From Malacoraja senta (Eukaryota), in contig CM075985.1 of the NCBI GenBank assembly GCA_038087875.1, positions 40,486,001 through 40,550,000 of the forward strand: a stretch of DNA of 64,000 bases, read 5' to 3'. Below the pieces are notes generated by a model. That model did not search any database and was not told where the DNA came from. It saw only the letters and a list, made by a program, of their open reading frames with translations. The stretch's first letter is position 1, and each line of letters begins with the position of its first letter. Made by a program: the position numbers and the translations under genes. Below are positions 31,225-43,602 of the stretch, piece after piece.

Positions 31225-31860
31225 TCTGATAAACTTGTTTTGCATGTTAGTCAATCACATCAAAGAATACTATTCATAAATACAATCAAACCAAACTCAA
31301 GTACAATAGGTAGAGCCAAAGGGAGGACACAGTGTGCAGAATGTAGTTCTCAGCATTGTAATGCACCAGTGCCAGAGACATAGTCCAGCGTCAACAATGG
31401 CGTTGAGGTGAACCCTAGCATAAGGGAGGACTGTTCAGAAAACTGATAACATAGGGGTGGAAACAGTTACTGAGTCTGGTGGTGCACGCTTGCAAGCTGA
31501 CGTACCTTCTGCTGGATGGAAGCAGGAAGAAGAAGGAGTGACCAGAGCGGGACGAATCTGATTATGTTGTCTGCTTTCCTGAGTCAGTTGAAATACAGAT
31601 GGAGTCAATGGTGGGGAATCATGTTTGTGTGGTCGACTGCGCTACATCTCCACCTCTCTGCAATTTCCAGCGGTCTTGGGCAGAACTATTTCCAAACTAA
31701 GTTGTGATACAACCTGTCAGTATGTTTCTATGGTACATTTGTAGAAGTTTGTAAGAGTCATTGGAGATGCCGCATTTCCTTAGTCTCCTGAGGCTGTAGG
31801 GGATCCAGAGGCTCTCAACCGTTTTCACTTCAGCACCATTGATGCTGTTTCGGACATTTA
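31225..31860 (-). mobile_element. Rex1/Babar-like LINE 3' fragment
   Basis: Reverse strand has YKLLQMYHRNILTGCITT-like and downstream Rex1 C-terminal similarity. Confidence 0.65.
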
Positions 31861-31980
31861 GTCCATCATATTTTGACAGAGACACGGCCCATCTTCTGTA
31901 TTAAATGTGTCCTAATTGCTGAACACCCATTGATAAAAGTTAGTTGGTGATAGTATATTTATGGGCTAAGCATTTGATAT

Positions 31981-32224
31981 TCAACACCAGTAATAAGTGG
32001 ATGGATTGGATCATCTGTTTTATTGGGCTGGAATGAGGGAGAAACCATTAGTATATTTATAGCCTAATAACCTAGAGATGGGACCTTGATTTAAGCTGGT
32101 TGATTGTGACGATGTAATTATTCCCTCAGTAATAATATTCTGCTAATCCTGCATTCCCTCAATTTTGGCAACAATCCTCAGAGGGTGTAGCAATCCCAGA
32201 CAGTGCAACAGCCTTGATGTACTT
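31981..32224 (+). repeat. 244-bp direct repeat, left copy (flanks the L1 insertion)
   Basis: Matches 35177-35419 apart from one substitution and a 1-bp indel. Confidence 0.95.
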
Positions 32225-35176
32225 ATCTCCAATAATTAAATATTTTTTATTATTGGAGATAAGTACGAAACCTATTTATATCATTACAGTCTAACATTTT
32301 TAAATTGATAATATTGTCAATTATTATTACATTGTCTCCAATACCTTTTGCCCTTTTTTAAAACTAGATAGAACTAAAGAGATAGATGAAGTAAAGAAAG
32401 AAAAGAAAGAGAAGAAGTTTAAAAAAAAAATAAAAAAAACAAAGAAAAAAAAAAAAAAAGGAGAAAAATAGTTAAAGAAGAATGGAAAAATGTATTAAAA
32501 TAAAAAACTTCATTCGAGATATATTCGTACATTTCAGAATATAGCATTTCATCCATTCTTTAGCCCGAGTGCTAGTCAGGTTCCTGTGCTGAACTATTCT
32601 GACCCTTTAAGTAATCAATAAAAGGAGACCATGTTCCTACGAATAATTCCTGTTTGTCCAACAGGGAAAATCTGATTCTTTCCACGTTTAAGGTCTCCGT
32701 CATTTCTATAATCCACATTTTGATTGTGGGGGCCGTAGGGCCTTTCCAAAATTTTAGAATTAATTTTTTTCCTGTTATTAAACTATAATCAATAAAGTTT
32801 CTTTGTGTTGTTCTAAATGTTTGATTTAATTCTAATTTTCCGAGTATTATTAATTTTGGATCTGGGTCCAATTGTGTGCCGGTTACTTTAGATATTATAC
32901 TGAAAATATTTACCCAGAATTTTTTAATTTTTATACAGTTTGCAAACATATGAGATAATGTAGCTTCTAAATGTTGACATTTATCACATATAGGTGAGAT
33001 ATGTTGAAAAATGTTATGTAGTTTTGTTTTTGAATAATGTAACCTATGTATTACTTTAAATTGTATTAGAGAATGTCTGGCGTTTAGTGAGCATTGATGT
33101 ATGTGTTGCAAACTTTCTTCCCAAGTATCTTTCGTTATTACTTGATTTAATTCTTTTTCCCATGTTTGTCTGTGTAATTCCGTCGAAGGAATGTCACTGT
33201 CTAATAAGATATTATATATATAAGATATTAATTTTTCTGTATTAGGATGTTTGTTCCAACATTCATCAAGAATTTCTGAATTTCTAATTCGAAAATTTTG
33301 AGAGTTCGATTTTACATAATCTCTAAGTTGAAGATATCTGAAATAATCATTTCCTCGAAGTCCATAAGTCTGTTGCAACTCCTGAAATGTCAGAAAGTGC
33401 CTTCCTTATAAAGTTGTCCCATATTTTTAATTCCATAATTCTTCCATTGTGTAAAACCCCCGTCCAACCATGAAGGCTTAAACAAAGGGTTATTCACAAT
33501 TGGAAGAAAAAGTGATAAATTATCTAATTTTAATGTCTTTTTTAATTGTTTCCAAATTCGTATAGCACTAAATATTATAGGGTTTTCCCTATAATTTTTT
33601 TTGTTTAATTTAGACGTAGCAAATAATATCGAACCGATATCAAAAGGTAAACAATCTTCCTTTTCCATTTTTAACCAGTCTGGTTGATGATCTATTTCTT
33701 CCAACCAGAAATTCATATTTTTAATATTAACAGCCCAGAAATAAAACAAAAAGTTGGGTAAAACCAAGCCTCCATTTATTTTTGATTTACACAAGTGTCT
33801 TTTGTTTATCCTATGATTCTTATAATCCCAGATAAAATCATTAACAATAGAGTCCAGTTTTTTAAAAAAGTTTTTTGTCAGATATATCGGAATTGTCTGA
33901 AAAAGGTATAATATTTGCGGTTAAAAAATCATTTTTATAGCATTAATTTTGCCAACCATTGAGATAGGAAGTGTTTTCCGGTATTGAATATTCTTATGTA
34001 GTTTGTTCAGTAATGGGGGAAAATTTGCTTTAAATAATGATGTATATCTCTTAGTTATATAAATACCTAGATATTTAAATTTTTCATTTACTTTTTTAAA
34101 TGGAAATTGTTGTATTATCTGTTTGTTATGTTCCCTTATTGGCATAATTTCACTTTTATTCCAATTTATTCTGTATCCTGAAAGTGAACCAAATTGGGTT
34201 ATTAGCTTTAATAAGTTTGGAATACTAATTTCTGGTTTTGTAATGTAAATTAATACATCATCTGCGTATAGAGAAATTTTATTCACTGTGTCCTTTGTGT
34301 TATACCCATGTATTTCCGGATGCCCCCTAACTCTTTCTGCCAGTGGCTCAATAGCAAGCGCAAATAATAATGGAGATAACGGGCATCCTTGTCTACAACC
34401 TCTAGATAGGCTAAATTTAGATGACAACCTTTGGTTTGTAAATATTCTACCCGTGGGATTTGTATATAACAGTTTTATCCATGTACAGAATTTCTCCCCT
34501 AGCTGCATATTTTCCATCACCGAAAATAAATAAGACCATTCCACCTGATCAAATGCTTTTTCAGCGTCAAGTGAGATTATTGCTAGATCTTCGTTAATAA
34601 TTCTCTTGGAATATATAATATTAAATAATCTTCTTAGATTATAATATGAATACCGTTTCTGAATAAAGCCTGTTTGGTCAGGGTGTATTAATTTATTCAT
34701 CACTGTACTTAATCTATGCGCTAGTATTTTAGTTAATATTTTCTGATCTGTATTTAAAAGTGCAATTGCTCTGTATGATCCCGGGTCTTCCGGATCTTTA
34801 TCAGCTTTAGGAATAAGTGTTATTATAGATTCATTTAAAGTGTCTGGAAGTTTCTGTTGAGTATAGATATTTTCATACAGTTTTTGTAAACGTGGGCAAA
34901 GTAAATCATAATTATTTTTATAAAATTCGGAGCCTAAACCATCTGGTCCTACTGCTTTACCATTTTTTAAAGAACCAATAGACTCTTCAATATCCTTTAT
35001 CGTAATCTCCCTTTCTAATAATTCTCTATCGTTTGAATGTAAACCTTTTAAATTACATTTTAGTAAAAAATCTGCTATTCCTTCTGATTGTGCTACTGTT
35101 TTAGTTGAATAAAGGTTATAATAGTATTGGAGAAATCTATCATTTATGTCCTTGGGCATTTTTAATAATTCTCCTG
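32225..35176 (-). mobile_element. 5'-truncated L1/Tx1-clade LINE (ORF2 RT + C-terminal CCHC region + 3' UTR)
   Basis: GPDGLGSEFYK, LDAEKAFDQV, CRQGCPLSPLLF, LYADD, YLGI motifs and CDKC...HMFANC. One nonsense codon (~33921) and one frameshift (~33390). Confidence 0.92.
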
Positions 35177-35419
35177 TCAACACCAGTAATAAGTGGATGG
35201 ATTGGATCATCTGTTTTATTGGGCTGGAATGAGGGAGAAACCATTATATATTTATAGCCTGATAACCTAGAGATGGGACCTTGATTTAAGCTGGTTGATT
35301 GTGACGATGTAATTATTCCCTCAGTAATAATATTCTGCTAATCCTGCATTCCCTCAATTTTGGCAACAATCCTCAGAGGGTGTAGCAATCCCAGACAGTG
35401 CAACAGCCTTGATGTACTT
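35177..35419 (+). repeat. 243-bp direct repeat, right copy
   Basis: See 31981-32224. Confidence 0.95.
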
Positions 35420-35664
35420 CCCATCTGCATTGCGTTAACCTTCAGACTGACCTGTTGGTTCTGTAGCATTACCCATCTGACAATGCACTTCTTCCTCTGT
35501 TCTTTATGTATGACAGTGCAGAAGACTGAGTGCTACCCTTCTGACACAGCAGAACTCATTTAGAATTACATCCGCAACAGTAAAGCTCCCCCCCTCAGCC
35601 CTTGAGGTTAGTCCATGCCCTCAGTATATAGACCATGAGTCATAGGGTCATTGAGTCACACATC

Positions 35665-38600
35665 ATGTTTGAGTAATGTTGGTGGAGATGGCCTACCTGG
35701 GGGCAGCGACAGCGGCCGGGCCTCTGGCACAAAGACCGGTCCTGTTGCTCAGAAGGGTAAGGAAAATAAGAGGAGGGCAATTGTAATAGGGGACTCTATA
35801 GTCAGGGGGTCGGATAGGCGTTTCTGTGGACACAGACAGGAGACCCGGATGGTAGTTTGCCTCCCTGGTGCCAGGGTCAGGGATGTGTCTGAACGTGTCG
35901 AAGAAATCCTGAAATGGGAGGGAGAGGAGCCTGAGGTTGTGGTACATATAGGTACCAACGACATAGGTAAAAAAAGAGAAGAGGTCCTGAAAGAAGAATT
36001 TAGGGAGTTAGGTAGAGAGTTAAGGAGAAGGACTGCAAAGGTAACAATCTCAGGATTACTGCCTGTGCCACGCGACAGTGAGAGTAGGAATGGAGCGAGG
36101 TGGAGGATAAATGAGTGGATGAGGGACTGGTGCAGTGGGTATGGATTCAAGTTTCTGGATCATTGGGACCTCTTTTGGGGAAGGTGCGACCTGTACAGAA
36201 AGGATGGGTTGCACTTGAACTCGAGGGGGACCAATATCCTGGCGGGTAGATTTGCAAAGGCTACTGGGGAGACTTTAAACTAGTATGGTTGGGGGGAGGG
36301 ACTCAAATTGGGAAAGCTAGCAGTCAGTGTGTGAGGCAGGAGGCAGAGAATGGAAGCACTCTGACCCAAAATGTAGCGGAGAGAGAAGAAAAAGACAATA
36401 AACAGTGAATAAGAGAGGGTGGGTTTCTTAAATGTGTATATTTTAATGCTAGGGGCATTGTAAGAAAGGTGGATGAACTTAAAGCCTGGATTGACACCTG
36501 GAAGTATGATGTTGTGGCGATCAGTGAAACATGGTTGCAGGAGGGCTGTGATTGGAAACTAAATATTGCAGGATTTCGTTGCTTCAGGTGTGATAGAATT
36601 GGAGGGGCAAGAGGTGGAGGTGTTGCATTGCTTATCAGAGAAGATATTACAGCAGTGCTTTGGCAGGATAGATTAGAGGGCTCTTCTAGGGAGGCTATTT
36701 GGGTGGAACTGAGAAACGGGAAAGGGGTAGCAACACTCATAGGGGTGTATTATAGACCGCCAAATGGGGAGCGAGAATTGGAAGAGCAAATATGTAAGGA
36801 GATTGCAGATATTAGTAGTAAGCACAAGGTAGTGATTGTGGGAGATTTCAATTTTCCACACATAGACTGGGAAACACATTCTGTAAATGGGCTGGATGGG
36901 TTGGAGTTTGTAAAATGTGTGCAGGATAGTTTTTTGCAGCAATACATAGAAGTACCTACTAGAGAAGGGGCGGTGCTGGACCTCCTGTTAGGAACTGAGA
37001 CGTGTCAGGTGGCAGAGGTATGCGTTGGGGAACAGTTCGGGACCAGTGATCACAATACCATTAGTTTCAATATAATTATGGAGAGGGTCAGAACTGGACC
37101 TAGGGTTGAGATTTTTGATTGGAGAAAGGCTAACTTTGAGGAGATGCGAAAGGATTTAAAAGGAGTAAATTGGGACAGTTTGTTTTATGGGAAAGATGTG
37201 GAAGAGAAATGGAGGACATTTAAAGGTGAAATTTTAAGAGTACAGAATCTTTATGTCCCTGTTCGGTTGAAAGGAAATAGTAAAACTTGGAAAGAGCCAT
37301 GGTTTTCAAGGGAAATTGGACACTTAGTTCGGAAAAAGAGAGAGATCTACAATAATTATAGGCAGCATGGAGTAAATGAGGTGCTTGAGGAGTATAAAAA
37401 TGTAAAAAGAGTCTTAAGAAAGAAATTAGAAAAGCTAAAAGAAGATATGAGGTTGCTTTGGCAAATAAGGTGAAAGTAAATCCAAAGGGTTTCTACAGCT
37501 ATATTAATAGCAAAAGGATAACGAGGGATAAAATTGGTCCATTAGAGAGTCAGAGTGGACAGGTATCTGCAGAGCCAAAAGAGATGGGGGAGATATTGAA
37601 CAATTTCTTTTCTTCGGTATTCACCAAGGAGAAGGATATTGAATTATGTGAGGTAAGGGAAACAAGTAGAGTAGCTATGGAAACTATGAGATTCAAAGAA
37701 GAGGAAGTACTGACACTTTTGAGAAATATAAAAGTGGATAAGTCTCCAGGTCCGGACAGGATATTCCCTTGGACATTGAGGGAAGTTAGTGTAGAAATAG
37801 CAGGGGCTATGACAGAAATATTTCAAATGTCATTGGAAACGGCAATAGTGCCGGAGGATTGGCGTACTGCGCATGTTGTTCCATTGTTTAAAAAGGGGTC
37901 TAAGAGTAAACCTAGCAATTATAGACCTGTTAGTTTGACGTCAGTGGTGGGCAAATTAATGGAAAGGATACTTAGAGATAATATATATAAGCATCTGGAT
38001 AAACAGGGGCTGATTAGGAACAGTCAACATGGATTTGTGCCTGGAAGGTCATGTTTGACTAAACTTCTTGAATTTTTTGAAGAGGTTACTCGGGAAATTG
38101 ATGAGGGTAAAGCCGTGGATGTTGTATATATGGACTTCAGTAAGGCCTTTGACAAGGTTCCTCACGGAATGTTGGTTCAGAAGGTTCAATGGTTGGGTAT
38201 TAATGGTGGAGTAGCAAGATGGATTCAACAGTGGCTGAATGGGAGATGCCAGAGAGTAATGGTGGATGGTTGTTTGTCAGGTTGGAGGCCAGTGACTAGT
38301 GGGGTGCCACAGGGATCTGTGTTGGGTCCACTGTTGTTTGTCATGTACATCAATGATCTGGATGATGGTGTGGTAAATTGGATTAGTCAGTATGCAGATG
38401 ATACTAAGATAGGTGGGGCTGTGGATAATGAAGTAGATTTTCAAAGTCTACAGAGAGATTTATGCCGGTTGGTTGAGTGGGCTGAAAGATGGCAGATGGA
38501 GTTTAATGCTGATAAGTGTGAGGTGCTACATCTTGGCAGGACAAATCAAAATAGGACGTACATGGTAAATGGTAGGGAATTGAAGAATGCAGGTGAACAG

Positions 38601-39311
38601 AGGGATCTTGGAATAACTGTGCACAGTTCCCTGAAAGTGGAATCTCATGTAGATAGGGTGGTAAGGAAAGCTTTTGGTGTGCTGGCTTTTATAAATCAGA
38701 GCATTGAGTATAGAAGTTGGGATGTAATGTTAAAAATGTACAAGGCATTGGTGAGGCCAATTCTGGAGTATGGTGTACAATTTTGGTCGCCTAATTATAG
38801 GAAGGATGTCAACAAAATAGAGAGAGTACAGAGGAGATTTACTAGAATGTTGCCTGGGTTTCAACAACTAAGTTACAGAGAAAGGTTGAACAAGTTAGGG
38901 CTTTGGAGCGCAGAAGGTTAAGGGGGGACTTGATAGAGGTCTTTAAAATGATAAGAGGGATAGACAGAGTTGACGTGGATAAGCTTTTCCCATTGAGAGT
39001 AGGGAAGATTCAAACAAGGGGACATGACTTGAGAATTAAGGGACAGAAGTTTAGGGGTAACATGAGGGGGAACTTCTTTACTCAGAGAGTGGTGGCTGTG
39101 TGGAATGAGCTTCCAGTGAAGGTGGTGGAGGCAGGTTCGTTTTTATCATTTAAAAATAAATTGGATAGTTATATGGACGAGAAAGGAATGGAGGGTTATG
39201 GTCTGAGCGCAGGTATATGGGACTAGGGGAGAATACGTGTTCGGCACGGACTAGAAGGGTCGAGATGGCCTGTTTCCGTGCTGTACTTGTTATATGGTTA
39301 TATGGTTATAT
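35665..39311 (+). mobile_element. 5'-truncated CR1 (lineage B): esterase ORF1 3' part + frameshifted ORF2
   Basis: ORF1 GDSIVRG/HIGTND/DGLHLN. ORF2 FLKCVYFNARG...ISETW...YADD in three frames. Distinct (ttatatgg)n tail. Confidence 0.93.
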
Positions 39312-39748
39312 CATAGAAACCGGCCCTTCTGCTCACTGAATCCACACTGATCATCAATTGTGTTAAGATGGAGTCACAGCAAACTGCCAATCTGACTAAA
39401 AAACAAACAGGGGGAACTCAGCAGGTCAGGCAGCATTCTGTGGCAAAATGGGCAGAAAACATATTAGACCAGGAGCATTCAGAGTGATGGAGTAGGGTGG
39501 ATAAAGCAGGAAAAGAAATGTAGTCTATGTAGGATAGTGTTAATATGCGGGCATCACTGGTCGGTGCGGACTCGGTGGGCCGAAGGCCCTGTTTCCGCGC
39601 TGTAGCTCTAAACTAAACCTGCTACAGCTTTATGTTGTGTGCTGTTCTGCCTGTTTGTACCACGCTGAGAACTGATGTGTTAATTGCCTCTCCCCTCCAT
39701 CCCCTCCCCTCCCTCAACCCAAATCCTGCACCCCTACCTCAGCCCCAG

Positions 39749-40024
39749 CTGTTTTCTTTGTCCAGGCTTTCTGCGGCTGTGAAGTGGACAGTGACAATTC
39801 CACTGATGGGTTTGTCAGACTGCGTTATGATGGGGAGGATGCCTGTGCTTTCGACAAGGACAGAATGCGCTAGATTGCATTAAGTCCAGATTTCCGAGCG
39901 CTAGTAGATCGATGGAATGTCAACACCTTCATGAACAAGTATTTCAAAGGTCTCCTGGAGAAGGACTGTGTGAAGTGGCTGCTGATATATCTTGAGTGTG
40001 GACAAGATGCACTACAGACGAGAG
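39749..40024 (+). pseudogene. MHC I-like exon 3 (alpha2), 276 bp, with a premature stop
   Basis: AVFFVQAFCGCE...YDGED..FD...RMR*IA...DRWN...LEKDCVKWL..YL. Pyrimidine-rich acceptor ccccag ends at 39748. The downstream dinucleotide is CT. Confidence 0.9.
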
Positions 40025-40124
40025 CTATACGACCTAGACACTCTGACTGGTGGGGCCAGGGGATATCCCCTAGATAGATCAAATGGGAAATATCATGCAC
40101 GTCAGGCTGTCACTTGAGCAATTA

Positions 40125-40428
40125 TTTAGTTTAGTTTTGAGATAGAGTTCGGAAACAGGCCCTTGGTCCACCCAGACCGCACCGACCAGCGATGCTTGCA
40201 CACTAACACTATCCCACACACAATAGGGACAATTTGCATTTATACCAACCATATTAACCTACAAATTTGTACGTCTTTCGAGTGTGAGAGGTGACCGAAG
40301 ATATCGGATAAAACCCACGCAGGTCACAGGGAGAACGTACAAACTCTGTAAAGACAAGCACCCGTAGTTAGTAACGAACCCAGGTCTCTGGCGCTATAAG
40401 GCAGTAGCTCCAAAGCTTCGCCACCCTG
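40125..40428 (-). mobile_element. HE1/V-SINE-like SINE
   Basis: tttagtttagttttgagatag tail and reverse-complement central domain. Confidence 0.8.
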
Positions 40429-41247
40429 TTCTTGGACGAGGGTATCAGTAAATTGTCTGACAACGTACCTCTTAGATGGAGCCAGTGTGTAGGAAGTGCA
40501 AGTGAAAGATAAATATTGCACCAGTGTCATCTATCACACAGGAACATAGACATTCACGAAATGGAGGGATATGTATCTTTGCCATATGTTTAGCACCAAC
40601 CTTGTCGCCTGAAGAGTCTGTTGCTGTGCTGATCAGAAAGCGAATCGGATTCTCTATTTGCCTCTATTACTCCATAGGATGGTGACATCCAATTTCCAAC
40701 AGTTCTCTGGTTGAAGAACTTCTTCCTCCCATTCCCTCTTGGAATAATTAGTGTTATTATTCAGCAGAGATTCATGAACAAATAGATGCAATCATGTCCA
40801 AAGTATCAATTCCAATGGTGAGTTATACTCCTCCATTGGGCCCTGCATCCCCCTCCCCTCTATGCTGTCAGTTAAAGTCTGGAGCCAAGATAAAGAGCAT
40901 GTCAGTTGTATTACAACTAAATGTTTTGTTGTTTTGCCATAAATGCAAAATGAAAAGAGAAAAGGCTGGAAACATTGTGCAAGACAGAACTGCAGATGAT
41001 GGTTTACACCGAAGGTAGACACAAAATGTTGGAGTAACTCAGTGGGTCAGGTAGCATCTCTGGGCATTCCTTCTCACCAGAGATGCTGCCTCATCTGCTG
41101 CGTTACTCCAGCATTTTGTGTTTGGGCTGGTATCTTTTTTCATCTAGGGAAAAACTCTGATTGGGAAAGAGGTGAGATGGAGTGATCTTGTCATTGAAGG
41201 CTTTTTCTTCGTGTCTTCACTGATTCTGACGCTTCGTACACTTGCAG

Positions 41248-41504
41248 AAAACCCTGAGGTGTTTATTGGTATTAAACGTAATGGGTAGCAATCACTGAGA
41301 CTCTCCTGCCTTGTCACAGGCCTCTACCCACAAGCCATCGATGTAACGTGGCTGAGAGATGGTGAGGGGGACCACGAGTTTGAATCCAGTGATCTGTTAC
41401 CCAATTGGGATGGGACTTACCAGCTGAAGAATACAATTGAACTGAGTAGAGAAGATGTGGCAAAATTCTCCTGTTACATCGAACATGCAACTCTGCTGCA
41501 GGGA
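41248..41504 (+). pseudogene. MHC I-like exon 4 (alpha3, C1-set Ig), with a premature stop and truncated 3' end
   Basis: ENPEVFI...*..LRLSCLVTGLYPQAIDVTWLRDG...LLPNWDGTYQL...FSCYIEHATL. Acceptor cttgcag ends at 41247. Confidence 0.9.
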
Positions 41505-41765
41505 GTCCCACCGAGGGTTGGCCCACCGAGTCCATGTCAACCAGCGATCCCTGCACATTTACATTATCCTACATATTAGGGACAATTTACAATTATACCA
41601 AGCCAATTAACTTACAAACCTGTATGTCTTTGGACTGTGGGAGGAAACCGGAGTTCCAGTAGAATACCCACGCAGGTCCTGGGGAGAAGGTGCAAACTCT
41701 TTACAGACGGGACCCGCAGTCAGAATTGAACCCGGGTCTCTGGCGCTGTAAGGCAGCAGTTCTAC
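41505..41765 (-). mobile_element. HE1/V-SINE-like SINE abutting the truncated alpha3 exon
   Basis: ggcccaccgagtcc...gtgggaggaaaccggag...gaacccgggtctctggcgctg. Confidence 0.75.
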
Positions 41766-41769
41766 CAAG

Positions 41770-42720
41770 TGGGCAAAGCAGAGGCAAATGGAATACATTG
41801 TAGCAAATGTCTGATTATGCATTTTGGTAGAGGGAATAAAGATGTAGTCTATTTTCTAAATGGGGAGATAATTCAGAAAACTAAGGGACTTGGGAGTACA
41901 AGTGCAAGATTCCCAAATAGTTATTTTGCATATTGAGTCGGTGGTAAGTAAGGCTAATGTAATGCTAGCATTCATTTCGTGGGGACTAGGATATAAAACA
42001 ATAATATAATACTGAGGCTTCATCGGCACTGGTGAGGACACATTTGGAATATTGTGAGCAGTTTTGGGCCCCATATTAGAAAGGATGTGCTGGCTTTGGA
42101 GAGGGTCCAGAGGAAGTGTGTCCTGGGGATGAGTGATTTAACGTATGAGGAGTGTTTGAAGTCTCTGGGCCTGTACTCGTGGGAATTTAGAAGGATGAGG
42201 GGGGTATCTCATTGAAACCTACAAGATAATGAAAGGCCTAGTTAGTGGATGTGGAAAGGATGTTTTCAGTAATTGGAGAGTCTAGCAAAGCCTCACAATA
42301 AAAAATGTACCTTCAAAATGGAGATGAGGAATTTCTTAAATCACAGGGTGGTGAATCTGTGGAATTTATTGAAACAGACAGCTGGGTGGTCCGATTCATT
42401 GCATATCTAAAAGCAGAGAATGATAGGTTCTTGGGGTGGAAGATTGCAACCTTCACGTTGTCCACCCTGTTTCGACTAATGTAATCAACCCGATGTGCAC
42501 AACCAAATACATCAAATATAACAAGTTGACCTGCAGCTTTAGGCTGTGCACGCCATACGCAAGAAGAAGAAGAATAGGTTCTTGATTAGTATGGGTGCCA
42601 AACGTTACAGGGAGAAGGCACGAGAATGGGATTCAGAGGTAAAAATAGATCTGCCATGACTGAATGGTGGAGTGGACTCGATGGACTGAAAGGCCTACTT
42701 CCGCTCCAATGTCTTACGGT
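41770..42720 (+). mobile_element. Decayed CR1 3' fragment
   Basis: CR1 RT-thumb/C-terminal similarity with many lesions. Confidence 0.7.
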
Positions 42721-42997
42721 CAAAATTATTCTTATGTCACCCTTAACTCACCCATCCGAATGTAGGAACGGTGGAAGCAAGATAGGCTGATCCTGGCCAA
42801 GGTATCTTATCTTCTTTCTTCGGCATCTAGCTAATTTTATGATAGTAGTTAGTTGCACAAAAGGCCAATAGTGGTGCCATATTTGACCCCATTATCAGTC
42901 TGAAGTAGCAGCATCTGTTCTCTAGCTGACTTATTTGTTGCAGACAAGACCTCTGCAAAGATCTTCACACCAGGGCCAAGCTGACATGGTTAAAATT

Positions 42998-43183
42998 NNN
43001 NNNNNNNNNNNNNNNNNNNNNNNNNNNNNNNNNNNNNNNNNNNNNNNNNNNNNNNNNNNNNNNNNNNNNNNNNNNNNNNNNNNNNNNNNNNNNNNNNNNN
43101 NNNNNNNNNNNNNNNNNNNNNNNNNNNNNNNNNNNNNNNNNNNNNNNNNNNNNNNNNNNNNNNNNNNNNNNNNNNNNNNNNNN
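42998..43183. other. Assembly gap (186 N)
   Basis: Run of N. Confidence 1.
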
Positions 43184-43602
43184 GAAAATTAAGCTGTCAG
43201 ATATCATTGAAATATCTGCAAAGTTTAAAACCTTTGAAGTTTTATCAACTATGAATGGGTTCACTTTTATTTGCTATAATAACAATCGTCAACATAAGAA
43301 AATGGCCTTGTTGATCTCTACACTGCAAATAGTAATCTATTTCTGATGTACTTGAATCTTTAAATTCTTAATTAAATGCTGCAGATAAAATCACAAAATC
43401 TCAATGCTAATATTAACTTTAAAGATTTTTCATCGATTTTTTTAAACACATCCATCCTCTGGACAATTACATAAATCTAAGACTTAATTACTTTGTAATT
43501 AGATGTGAACAGTGCCAGTTTAATGTAGATAATAAAATCATTACAAAGTTGTTATTGATCAATGAATGTTTAAAATACACTGTATATACTGTATGCTTAC
43601 AG

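Noticed and set aside
31133-31383. C-terminal half of ORF 30901-31383
   Set aside because: Read-through into the intron and a Rex1 fragment after the alpha1 donor sites; no class I similarity.
32219-32266. Hairpin as a rho-independent terminator
   Set aside because: Eukaryotic context and an AT-rich stem; better explained as an integration-junction structure.
42935-43264. ORFs spanning N runs (also 61684-62055)
   Set aside because: Artefacts of assembly gaps.
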